Below, piece by piece: positions 1-8,136 of a stretch of DNA of 38,169 nucleotides; within the stretch, counting starts at the first letter, position 1, and every line of letters begins with the position of its first letter. Below the pieces are notes generated by a model. It was not told the origin of the DNA. It searched no databases and saw only the letters and a program-made list of their open reading frames with translations. The DNA comes from Candidatus Aquidulcis frankliniae. Its GTDB lineage: Bacteria; Chloroflexota; Limnocylindria; Limnocylindrales; Limnocylindraceae. Location of the stretch: contig RFPZ01000002.1 of the NCBI GenBank assembly GCA_009925905.1, positions 1 through 38,169 of the forward strand, written 5' to 3'. The position numbers and the translations under genes are program-made.

Positions 1-2
1 TC

Positions 3-1367
3 CTCCCCTTCCGTTCCATCGACTCAGCGAAGTCGCGCATGGCGCCACTATTCAGTGACGAAGAGCGCAGCGAGTTCTCGGCGCGTCTCCTTGAGCGCAC
101 CCTGCTTGCACTCGGTCGCGCCACACGCATTTCCAACGTGGTCTTAGTCTCACCTGATCCACTCGCTCGGGCGTTGGCGCGCAGCGGTGGCCACGAGGCG
201 CTCGATGACGGCGGTGTCGATTTGAATGCAGCGATTGGACTGGGCGTAGCTCAGGCAGCAGCGAGCGGCGCATCTGCGGTGCTGATTTTGCCCGTAGACC
301 TTGCCGAGGTTTCAGCGGCAAACATCGATGCGCTGCTGAACAGTTGGTCGGGGTCGCAGCCTGGTCTTCTGGTATCACCAGACGGAGGCACTTCGGCACT
401 CATCGTTCCACTCCCGCGCAACTTCACGCCGCGCTTCGGAGTGAGCAGTGCAGCGGCGCATCGCACCGAGCTGAGTCGTGATGGTGCGCTGGTCGAGGAA
501 CTTACCTCACCGCTCGCCACCGACATTGATACCCCCGACGACCTAAGGGACGCCATGCAGCGCGATCAGGGTGTGATCACGCCCACACCGGTTGAGGGCC
601 TTCTGGCCATCGCAATTGAAGGCCTCGGGGAAATTGTCCCCGGCGATGACCTTCCCGCGATGATCGCTAACTGTGTGGCAACGATCGCAGCGACGAGTTC
701 AATTGGCGGCCTGCGAAGCGATGATGTGATCGCGGTCACGCAAAAGATCGTCTCGAAGGCGGAGGGGGCTATCGTCGAATTGACGACTATCACGCCTCGA
801 CCGGAGGCAGTGGAATACGCGACCAAGTGGGGTCGAGACGCACGCCAAGTTGAAGTGGTGCTGCAAGAGGCGGTGCGCGTTGTGCGCATGGATCGCGGTG
901 TAATCATCACCGAAACCGCGCATGGTTTCGTTCTTGCAAACTCAGGAGTAGATGCCAGCAATGTTGGCCCACGCAGCGGCGAAGTGGTGACGCTCTTGCC
1001 GCGCGATCCTGACGGTTCCGCCCGTGCGATTCGTGAGGCGATTCGTCTCCGTACTGGCGTGGCGCCAGGTGTGATCATCACCGACTCCTTTGGTCGCCCG
1101 TGGCGCCTCGGTATCACCGACGTAGCGATCGGCGTCGCAGGCATTGCTGCACTTGAAGATCTGCGCGGCAAACCCGACGCAGATGGACGCACGATGGCTG
1201 CAACTGTCCGCGCCGTCGCAGATCAGATTGCCGCTACCGCTGAGCTCGCCCTTGGGAAGACAGCCCGACGACCGCTCGCCCTAATCCGTGGCGCGCACCC
1301 TCAGGTTGCAGAGAATGGGAGTGCCCAGTCCAGCCTGATGCCCCCTGATTGGGACCTTTTCCGTTAA
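3..1367 (+). CDS. cofC-cofE: 5'-truncated fusion protein: CofC/FbiD-type guanylyltransferase domain (F420 biosynthesis) fused to CofE F420-0:gamma-glutamyl ligase domain
   Basis: The frame is open to the window edge. Codons upstream of ATG39 read ..PFRSIDSAKSR(M)APLFS.., matching the conserved CofC/FbiD N-terminal (K)-x-x-x-AK(S/T)RLAP motif, so ATG39 is internal. N-domain motifs: GGTSALIV, DIDTPDDL. C-domain CofE motifs: VTQKIVSKAEG, ANSGVDASN, ITDSFGRPWRLG. Confidence 0.8.
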   Translation, partial: LPFRSIDSAKSRMAPLFSDEERSEFSARLLERTLLALGRATRISNVVLVSPDPLARALARSGGHEALDDGGVDLNAAIGLGVAQAAASGASAVLILPVDLAEVSAANIDALLNSWSGSQPGLLVSPDGGTSALIVPLPRNFTPRFGVSSAAAHRTELSRDGALVEELTSPLATDIDTPDDLRDAMQRDQGVITPTPVEGLLAIAIEGLGEIVPGDDLPAMIANCVATIAATSSIGGLRSDDVIAVTQKIVSKAEGAIVELTTITPRPEAVEYATKWGRDARQVEVVLQEAVRVVRMDRGVIITETAHGFVLANSGVDASNVGPRSGEVVTLLPRDPDGSARAIREAIRLRTGVAPGVIITDSFGRPWRLGITDVAIGVAGIAALEDLRGKPDADGRTMAATVRAVADQIAATAELALGKTARRPLALIRGAHPQVAENGSAQSSLMPPDWDLFR

Positions 1368-1394
1368 GCGACGAGCCCATAACTGCGGGGGGCG

Positions 1395-1400
1395 TAGAAT
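1395..1400 (+). promoter_or_regulatory. -10 box TAGAAT, 6 nt before trxB ATG (leaderless start predicted)
   Basis: gcgTAGAATccacccATG read directly. Same geometry as several other genes in the window. Confidence 0.5.
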
Positions 1401-1406
1401 CCACCC

Positions 1407-2456
1407 ATGACGAGTGGAGAGGCCCCCAAGGGATTCGGGATGGCGATCGATTTCGGCGCGCCCGCCCCAACTGCTGACCCCGCAGCCTCCACGACAAGCG
1501 CACCCGCCGCTCCAACGGAGGCGCGACTACTCATCCTCGGCTCTGGACCCGCTGGGCTGACCGCAGCGATTTACGCCGCACGAGCCGGTCTCGCTCCGAT
1601 CGTGATCGGGGGCTACGCACCTGGTGGCCAGTTGATGCTGACCAGCGAAGTTGAGAACTTCCCCGGATTCCCCGACGGCATTGACGGCCCAGAGCTCATG
1701 GCAAAAATGCGTGCCCAGGCGGAGCGCTTCGGGACCGTCATGGTCGACCAGGATGTTGACCGAGTAGACCTAAGTGCAGAGCCCCACCGCGTGTGGAGTG
1801 CTGGCCGTGAATTCCACGCCGAAGCGATCATCGTCGCAACGGGCGCATCAGCGCTCTGGCTAGGCCTTGAATCTGAAACTCGCCTTCGCGGACGCGGCGT
1901 AAGCGCTTGCGCAACCTGCGATGGCTTCTTCTTCAAGGGGCAAGAGGTGGTTGTCGTTGGTGGCGGAGATACCGCGCTGGAGGAGGCGCTCTTCCTGACA
2001 CGCTTCGCAACCAAAGTTCACCTCGTCCATCGCCGCGACACCTTCCGCGCAAGCAAGATCATGATCTCGCGTGTACAGGCGCATCCATCCATTCAGCTCC
2101 ATATGAATCGTGAGGTGATTGAGGTACTTGGCGAGAAGAGCACAGAGGCCGTGATGCTGCGTGACACCACCCCTGGTGCAACGAGAGCACCCGAGCGACT
2201 CCCTGCAGGTGGACTCTTCGTTGCCATCGGCCATAAGCCGAACACCGCACTGCTTGGTGGTGCGCTTCCAGTTGATGCTGCGGGTTACCTACAACTTGAT
2301 AGCGATACAACAGCCTCACAAATTGATGGCGTCTTCATTGCCGGAGATGTGCATGATCACCGGTACCGTCAGGCGGTCACCGCCGCAGGCGATGGCTGTC
2401 GCGCCGCCCTTGACGCGGAGCGCTGGCTCGCGGAGCGCGACGCCGCGAAGTCGTAA
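1407..2456 (+). CDS. trxB: thioredoxin-disulfide reductase with about 38-aa Pro/Ala-rich N-terminal extension
   Basis: Motifs: GSGPAG (FAD), redox-active CATCDG, GGGDTALEEA (NADPH), C-terminal AGDV..YRQAVTAAGDG. A TAGAAT box ends 6 nt before the ATG. Confidence 0.93.
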   Translation: MTSGEAPKGFGMAIDFGAPAPTADPAASTTSAPAAPTEARLLILGSGPAGLTAAIYAARAGLAPIVIGGYAPGGQLMLTSEVENFPGFPDGIDGPELMAKMRAQAERFGTVMVDQDVDRVDLSAEPHRVWSAGREFHAEAIIVATGASALWLGLESETRLRGRGVSACATCDGFFFKGQEVVVVGGGDTALEEALFLTRFATKVHLVHRRDTFRASKIMISRVQAHPSIQLHMNREVIEVLGEKSTEAVMLRDTTPGATRAPERLPAGGLFVAIGHKPNTALLGGALPVDAAGYLQLDSDTTASQIDGVFIAGDVHDHRYRQAVTAAGDGCRAALDAERWLAERDAAKS

Positions 2457-3197
2457 ATGCCGCACCGCGAAGATGAGATTGCGCTCATCGACACCGCGCG
2501 TGCCGAACTCCTCTCTCTCGTCACCCATGAGCTGCGCACACCACTCGCCGTCCTTAGTGCCTACGTCGAACTGCTCTCTGACGCGGCCACTGGTGCATCC
2601 CCCGCGAAGCCCGCAGATCTCGCCGCGTGGCGCGAAGCTGCCATGCAGCAGGTCGGTCGACTGAACTTGCAGATCGACTCCATTCTCACCGCCGCACGAC
2701 CAGGCTCAAGCCTGCCCCTGCACTGCGCGCCGATGAACCTCGGTGCAATCACCGGCGCAGTGATTCGAGAGATGGCGCCACTCCTTCGCAACCACTCGCT
2801 TCGATGGGAGGAGCCAGAGCCTGAAATCATGGTCCTTGCCGACGAGAGTCGGTTTCGCCAGGTGCTCGGCCACCTCCTCGAAAACGAGGCGAAGTACGCG
2901 CCTGTGGGCGAGCCGGTATCGATCGGCTGCTGGGTACGCGATGGTCGAGCCGAGCTCTACCTCACCGACGACGGGGTGGGGATCCCCCGCGAAGACTGGG
3001 AGGAGGTCTTCGAGGCCTTCGTTCGCCGCACGCAGCGCCCCTCCACGAGCGGGTCAGGCATCGGACTCTACGCCGCGCGGCGGCTCATGGGCGCAATGGG
3101 CGGCGAGATCAGAATTGAACCGAATGGATTTGGCGGAAGCCGCTTCCTTTTAACACTCCCACTCGCCTCAGAAGCCCACGGCATACTTGCCAGATGA
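2457..3197 (+). CDS. small soluble histidine kinase (DHp + HATPase only, no TM or sensor domain)
   Basis: H-box THELRTPL at about residue 24, N-box LLENEAKYA, G1 DDGVGI, G2 GSGIGLY. No hydrophobic segment. The ATG directly follows the trxB TAA (TAAATG). Confidence 0.85.
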   Translation: MPHREDEIALIDTARAELLSLVTHELRTPLAVLSAYVELLSDAATGASPAKPADLAAWREAAMQQVGRLNLQIDSILTAARPGSSLPLHCAPMNLGAITGAVIREMAPLLRNHSLRWEEPEPEIMVLADESRFRQVLGHLLENEAKYAPVGEPVSIGCWVRDGRAELYLTDDGVGIPREDWEEVFEAFVRRTQRPSTSGSGIGLYAARRLMGAMGGEIRIEPNGFGGSRFLLTLPLASEAHGILAR

Positions 3198-3904
3198 ACG
3201 CTGCCGCCCCAACTACTCCCCTTGCGATCCTAGTTGTCGATGACGACCCCGCGCTCGTTGGCGCGATCTCTGCACTTCTGACCGCCGGTGACTATACGGT
3301 GCACGCCGCCTACAACGGCGTCGAGGCAGTTGAAGTCTTCGATTCCACGAGGCCGGCGCTGGTCCTGCTCGACCTCGCCATGCCTGGCCGCGATGGACTC
3401 AATGTGATCCACGAGATTCGAACCCGAAGTGCTACTCCAATTATCGTGCTGACGGGCGAGGCAGACGAGACCGCGAAGGTTGATGCTCTCGATGCTGGTG
3501 CCGATGATTACGTCACCAAACCATTCGGACGCCAAGAGCTTCTCGCCCGCGTCCGCGCAGCGTTGCGACGCGGCGGTGAGCCATCCGACGGCTCCGCACG
3601 AGATCGCACCATCGTTGGTGCCGCGGGGCTCCGCATCGACATCAGTCGACATGAGGTGCACGTCGGATCAACGCTTCTCGCCCTCACCAAGACGGAATTC
3701 AATATCTTGGAGGCACTAGCTTCCGTGAAAGGTCGCGTTGTGACGCAACAGCGTCTCCTCGCCGCAGCCTGGCCTAACAAGGCCACCCCTGATCCGCTCC
3801 TCCTGAAGCCGCACGTCGCACGACTGCGCAGCAAGCTGGAAGAGGCCGGTGGTCCGCTGCCTGAATCGGTGCGCGGGGTTGGCTACCGACTAGGAGCGAG
3901 CTAA
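3194..3904 (+). CDS. OmpR/PhoB-family response regulator (KdpE-like)
   Basis: Receiver motifs VVDDD, LLDLAMPGRDG, YVTKPF. Winged-helix motifs LTKTEFNILE and GVGYRL. ATGA overlap with the upstream kinase. Confidence 0.9.
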   Translation: MNAAAPTTPLAILVVDDDPALVGAISALLTAGDYTVHAAYNGVEAVEVFDSTRPALVLLDLAMPGRDGLNVIHEIRTRSATPIIVLTGEADETAKVDALDAGADDYVTKPFGRQELLARVRAALRRGGEPSDGSARDRTIVGAAGLRIDISRHEVHVGSTLLALTKTEFNILEALASVKGRVVTQQRLLAAAWPNKATPDPLLLKPHVARLRSKLEEAGGPLPESVRGVGYRLGAS

Positions 3905-5062
3905 CTACTCCTCGCCGACACCAATCAGGAGTGCGCTCGCGGTAGCGAGTGGCATTGCCACGAGCACACCAGCGGTCCCTGCAAGCGCGCGCACCACTTC
4001 GACCGCAACGGTCTCCGTGCTGAGGCGGCTTGCGATGCCACCTGGGGCGATCAGCGCGGCCACGACGAGTGGCAGAGATGCCGCGAAATAGGCGAGCGGG
4101 AGGGTATTGATCACTGCACCAACATGCGATCGCCCGATTGCAATCGCTCGACTACCTACATCAAGCGTGCCGGCACGCACATCTGTTCGGCGAATCTGCT
4201 CAACTGCCGCAACCTGTGTGGCGGCCACGTCGTCCACGATGCCGAGCGTACCGATCATTGCTGCTGCCAGACCAATGCCACGCAAATCAACGTTGCCGCC
4301 CAGGATCGGAATCAGATTGACGAGGTCAGGATCTCCTGCAAATGGCGTAAAGGCGAGGAGGCGATCAAGCAGAATCGAGATGAGCGCAACGGCGATGAGG
4401 CTCCCGCCGATGCCAAGAATGGTGGCGGTCGCACGGCGATTAAGCCCTTCGGTAATCACTACAGAGGTGACGCCCACCACCAAGGCGATAAGCCCGGCTA
4501 CGGCGAGCGGCGAGGCGCCAGAGAGAAGGGCCGGGATACCGAAGCGAACGAGCACGACGCCTGTGACGACAAGCCCAAGGAGTGATCGCGCCCCGACTGC
4601 GCCCGCAATACCAACGACAGCAACAGCAAACATTGCAAGCGCGATGAGGAGTGCCCCGCCCCGGGATCGATCCGCAACGGCAAAGACCTCCCCCCCGCCC
4701 GCATCAGTGAGCTGCGTGAGAAGCACCTCGTCGCCCTTGCTGTATGGAATAGAGCCCGCAATTTCGCTCGCCTGATCGACGGAGGCGATTAAGCGCTCTC
4801 CAAGCCTCGGTCCTTCAAGAAGTTCGACGGTTGCGGTACCAGAAGAGCCACTCGCGCCCGGGAGTGGCTGGGAGACGATCACGGCCCGCACGAGCACGGG
4901 CGCGTTGGTGTCGGTCGGGAGCGTCCAAGGGCTTGGTGCGACGAGGAGCACGAGGAGCAGCAGTGCTGCGCCGCCAAGGCGGGCAACGGGGGCAAGCCAC
5001 GCTCGGTTCATGCGGGGCGCCCGTCGGGTGCTGGTGCGCGATTCTGGCATCGATACCCCCAC
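3905..5062 (-). CDS. polytopic membrane protein, YibE/F-family-like
   Basis: One N-terminal TM helix, an extracytoplasmic segment of about 100 aa, then about 7 hydrophobic helices. The architecture resembles YibE/F proteins by eye. Start is GTG 5062 or ATG 5050 (preceded by GGGGG). Confidence 0.55.
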   Translation of the reverse strand: MGVSMPESRTSTRRAPRMNRAWLAPVARLGGAALLLLVLLVAPSPWTLPTDTNAPVLVRAVIVSQPLPGASGSSGTATVELLEGPRLGERLIASVDQASEIAGSIPYSKGDEVLLTQLTDAGGGEVFAVADRSRGGALLIALAMFAVAVVGIAGAVGARSLLGLVVTGVVLVRFGIPALLSGASPLAVAGLIALVVGVTSVVITEGLNRRATATILGIGGSLIAVALISILLDRLLAFTPFAGDPDLVNLIPILGGNVDLRGIGLAAAMIGTLGIVDDVAATQVAAVEQIRRTDVRAGTLDVGSRAIAIGRSHVGAVINTLPLAYFAASLPLVVAALIAPGGIASRLSTETVAVEVVRALAGTAGVLVAMPLATASALLIGVGEE

Positions 5063-5073
5063 TTATTTGCATC

Positions 5074-5079
5074 ATCGTA
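5074..5079 (-). promoter_or_regulatory. candidate -10 box TACGAT for the YibE/F-like gene (divergent from the DUF971 promoter)
   Basis: Minus strand reads ggcTACGATgatgcaaataaGTGggggtatcgATG. Confidence 0.3.
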
Positions 5080-5109
5080 GCCGCTCATCTGGCGTTTACC
5101 TGCGAACCC

Positions 5110-5115
5110 TAGAAT
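5110..5115 (+). promoter_or_regulatory. -10 box TAGAAT, 6 nt before DUF971 ATG (leaderless)
   Basis: cccTAGAATcgtccaATG. Confidence 0.5.
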
Positions 5116-5121
5116 CGTCCA

Positions 5122-5463
5122 ATGCAGGAACCATCACACGGAGCACCCGTCGCAATCCGTATTCTCCGCGAACAGCAGCGCCTTGAGCTGGATTGGCGCG
5201 ATGGACATGTGAGCGTCTACGAGGCGATCCCGCTGCGATGGCTCTGCCCCTGCGCCTACTGCCGTGGCGAGGCTGGTCTCCCAGGCTGGCTTGATGCCAA
5301 TCCCACCCTCAGTCCAAGCCAAACGAAGCTTGAGGGCGGCGAAATGGTGGGAAGCTACGCGCTCTGCCTCTTTTGGGGCGACGGACACCGCACCGGCTAC
5401 TACACCTGGTCGCTGCTTCGCCAGCGCTGCTCTTGCGCCAGTTGCATGAGTGCCCCACGATGA
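5122..5463 (+). CDS. DUF971 (gamma-butyrobetaine hydroxylase N-terminal-like, zinc-binding) domain protein
   Basis: Motifs LELDWRDGHVSVY..LRWLCPCAYCRGE...YALCLFWGDGHRTGYYTW match the DUF971 pattern (CxCxxC + H). There is an extra C-terminal CSCASC. TAGAAT lies 6 nt upstream of the ATG. Confidence 0.8.
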   Translation: MQEPSHGAPVAIRILREQQRLELDWRDGHVSVYEAIPLRWLCPCAYCRGEAGLPGWLDANPTLSPSQTKLEGGEMVGSYALCLFWGDGHRTGYYTWSLLRQRCSCASCMSAPR

Positions 5464-7499
5464 CGGTTGGCGTAAGTCGTGAACTCTCACTTCTCGCATT
5501 CAACGCTCGAGTCTTGAGCGAGGCCTCAAACCAAAAGAGGCCTCTCCTCGATCGGTTCAGATTCCTCGGCATCGTCGCTTCAAACATTGACGAGTTCTAC
5601 GGCGTACGCGTCGCTGGTATCCAAGATCAGTTGATTGCTGGTGTACGTACCCCTGGGCCCGACGGTCGAACCCCTGACGTGCAGTTGGCTCTGATTCGCG
5701 AGGCAACCAACCTCCTGGCGGGATCAGCACAAGGGAGCTGGAGCGAACTCATTGAAGAGCTGCGAGTGGTGGGGCTGCCGCACCGAAGCTGGATCCAACT
5801 TGATTCGGCCGAACAATCGCTGCTGACAGAGCGGTTCACGCGCGAGATCTTTCCCGTGCTCACACCCCTCGCAGTGGATCCGGGCCACCCGTTTCCACTC
5901 ATCAGTACTCTCAGCCTCTCCCTTGCAATCCGGATTCGTTCGCAAGGTTCGGGGGAGATCTCCCTCGCACGCGTCAAGGTTCCGACAATTCTTGGTCGTA
6001 TGGTGCAGTTTGGGAAGGGTGACTGGATCCTCATGGAGGAGCTGATCGCAGCTCACCTAGATCTTCTCTTCCCTGGCACTGAGATCCTTGATGCCCATCT
6101 CTTTCGAGTCACACGCGATGCCGATCTCGACACCGTTGAAGATGAGGCAGATGACCTCCTTGAGGCGATTGAGGAGGGGCTTCGCCAGCGCCGATTTGGC
6201 AGTGTCGTTCGTCTAGAGGTTGGAGCCGAAATGCCTCGCGCGCTCCTAGACATGCTCTTGGTGGGGCTTGAGATCACCGAGAACGAGGTTCAGGTTGTGG
6301 AGGGGATCCTTGATCTAACAGTCGCGCTACAGGTGGCGGGCCTCCCCCGACCAGACCTGCGAGCCCCACGTTGGCAGCCCATCACACCGGCGCGGATCGC
6401 CGCAGGCACATCCGCCGATGCGCCCAAGGGCGACATGTTTAAGGTGATCGCCGAAGGTGACCTACTTGTTCATCACCCGTACGAGAGCTTTGAGGCGAGC
6501 GTTGATCAGCTGTTCGCCCAAGCAGCCGATGATCCCGATGTTCTCTCGGTTCGCTCAACGCTCTATCGGACTGGTGCAACCTCCAGCATCCCGGCACACC
6601 TCATTCGTGCAGTGCATGCGGGCAAAGAGGTAGTAGTGCTCGTCGAGCTGAAGGCCCGCTTTGACGAGGCGGCCAACATTGAGTGGGCGCGACGTCTTGA
6701 AGAGGCCGGCGCACATGTGGTCTACGGTGTGATGGGGCTGAAGACGCACTGCAAGGCGACGCTGATCGCCCGACGAGAGGGATCCTCGATTCGCCGATAC
6801 GTACACCTCTCCACGGGCAACTACAACCCGAAGACGGCGCGTGGTTACACCGATATTGGCCTCTTTACGATGAACGATGCAATCGCGACCGATGTGGGGG
6901 TCCTCTTTAACTTCCTCACGGGTGCCACCCGTTCATCTGCATATTCGCGCCTTCTCGTTGCACCCGACCACTTGCGCAGTGAGCTGAAGAGCCGAATCGA
7001 GCGCCTCGCGGAGCAGGCACGAGAAGGCGCAAAGACCTCCATCACGATCAAGGTAAACGCGCTCATCGATCCAGAGATGATCAAGTCCCTCGATCGCGCT
7101 GCAGAGGCGGGGGTCTCTATAGATCTAATCGTACGGGGAATGTGCGGGCTCCTGCCATACCCCGCGAGGCATGCCGGACGCCTACGCATCCGCTCCGTCA
7201 TCGGCGACTACCTTGAGCACAGCCGCATCTATCGGTTCGTAGGGCCCGACGGCGTTGAGATCTTTGCTGGAAGTGCGGATCTGATGGAGCGGAATCTCGA
7301 CCGTCGCGTTGAGGTGCTCTTCCCTCTCGAAGATCGTGAGGTGCGCCGTAGGACGGAAGAAATTCTCGCTGCGCTGCTTGCCGATACCTCGAACGCGTGG
7401 GCACTTCAGCCAGACGGAGCCTGGGAGCGCCTTGCCGATACTGGAGTTTCATCATTCGAAACGCTGCGCAGGGCAGCGATCAGCGCGGCTCAGGCATAA
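5460..7499 (+). CDS. ppk: polyphosphate kinase 1
   Basis: N-terminus SRELSLLAFNARVLSEA..LLDRFRFLGIVASNIDEFY, plus PPK1-like middle and tandem PLD-like C-terminal domains (HCKATLI, HSRIYRF). I chose ATG 5460 rather than the ORF-track 5373 because it overlaps the DUF971 stop as ATGA and gives the canonical N-terminus. Confidence 0.93.
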   Translation: MTVGVSRELSLLAFNARVLSEASNQKRPLLDRFRFLGIVASNIDEFYGVRVAGIQDQLIAGVRTPGPDGRTPDVQLALIREATNLLAGSAQGSWSELIEELRVVGLPHRSWIQLDSAEQSLLTERFTREIFPVLTPLAVDPGHPFPLISTLSLSLAIRIRSQGSGEISLARVKVPTILGRMVQFGKGDWILMEELIAAHLDLLFPGTEILDAHLFRVTRDADLDTVEDEADDLLEAIEEGLRQRRFGSVVRLEVGAEMPRALLDMLLVGLEITENEVQVVEGILDLTVALQVAGLPRPDLRAPRWQPITPARIAAGTSADAPKGDMFKVIAEGDLLVHHPYESFEASVDQLFAQAADDPDVLSVRSTLYRTGATSSIPAHLIRAVHAGKEVVVLVELKARFDEAANIEWARRLEEAGAHVVYGVMGLKTHCKATLIARREGSSIRRYVHLSTGNYNPKTARGYTDIGLFTMNDAIATDVGVLFNFLTGATRSSAYSRLLVAPDHLRSELKSRIERLAEQAREGAKTSITIKVNALIDPEMIKSLDRAAEAGVSIDLIVRGMCGLLPYPARHAGRLRIRSVIGDYLEHSRIYRFVGPDGVEIFAGSADLMERNLDRRVEVLFPLEDREVRRRTEEILAALLADTSNAWALQPDGAWERLADTGVSSFETLRRAAISAAQA

Positions 7500-7500
7500 T
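7495..7500 (+). promoter_or_regulatory. -10-like CATAAT, 6 nt before CYTH ATG; contains the ppk stop codon
   Basis: ggCATAATctcgccATGG. The 13-mer AATCTCGCCATGG recurs at mmsA. Confidence 0.4.
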
Positions 7501-7506
7501 CTCGCC

Positions 7507-8136
7507 ATGGAGCGAGAGTTGAAATTCCTACTCGCGAGCCCCCATCTCCCTGCACTCCCACACGGGTACGTCGCGGGCGCAGCTCAGCCGACCCTGCATG
7601 TGCTTGATGAGTACCTCGACTATCGTGGCCAAATTCTCGGCGCTGGCTGGCGACTACGACGCCGTCGATCCGATGGCGAAGCGGTGCGATACACCCTCAA
7701 ATCCGAGCGAAATCCAGGAGCATCTGGTCCCCTCAGTGAACGGATTGAGATTGAGCGCACGCCAGGGGCACAGGAAGAGCTTCCAGGTGAGATCTCGGCG
7801 ATGCTGACGCGAGCTGGAGTAAACATGCCCCAACTACTCAGTCACCTGCAGTCGTATCTCACCCTTCGACAGGAGCGCCAACCGATCGCTCTCTCACACG
7901 GTGCCGAAGAGATTGCACTCCTAAGCGTCGACACCGTTCGGGCAAGCGGGTCGGCTACCGAAGAGGAGTGTCGTTGGTCTGAACTTGAAATCGAGTTTCT
8001 TGACACCGTCTCGTCTGAGACCCGCAATCGTGCAGCGTCTGAACTCGCTGAGTGGCTCGCGACGCAAGCAGGAGTTACGCCCGCAGGCCAATCGAAGGCT
8101 GCACGCGCGGCGGAGTTACTTTCAATCCCCCTTTAG
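7507..8136 (+). CDS. CYTH-domain (triphosphate tunnel metalloenzyme) protein
   Basis: N-terminal ExExK (MERELKF), basic strand WRLRRRR, C-terminal ELEIEF acidic motif. ATG 7507 is preceded by CATAAT-N6. The ORF-track start 7309 would overlap the ppk 3' end. Confidence 0.75.
   Translation: MERELKFLLASPHLPALPHGYVAGAAQPTLHVLDEYLDYRGQILGAGWRLRRRRSDGEAVRYTLKSERNPGASGPLSERIEIERTPGAQEELPGEISAMLTRAGVNMPQLLSHLQSYLTLRQERQPIALSHGAEEIALLSVDTVRASGSATEEECRWSELEIEFLDTVSSETRNRAASELAEWLATQAGVTPAGQSKAARAAELLSIPL

Noticed and set aside
5373-5459. Upstream extensions offered by the ORF track for ppk (5373), CYTH (7309), senX3-like (12689), aminotransferase (20412), mdh (23062) and gabT-like (36340)
   Set aside because: Each extension overlaps the preceding well-supported gene and adds Arg/Pro-rich sequence with no family similarity. 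In each case an internal ATG gives the canonical family N-terminus. That ATG also has an SD, an ATGA/TGATG coupling overlap, or a -10-N6 leaderless signal.
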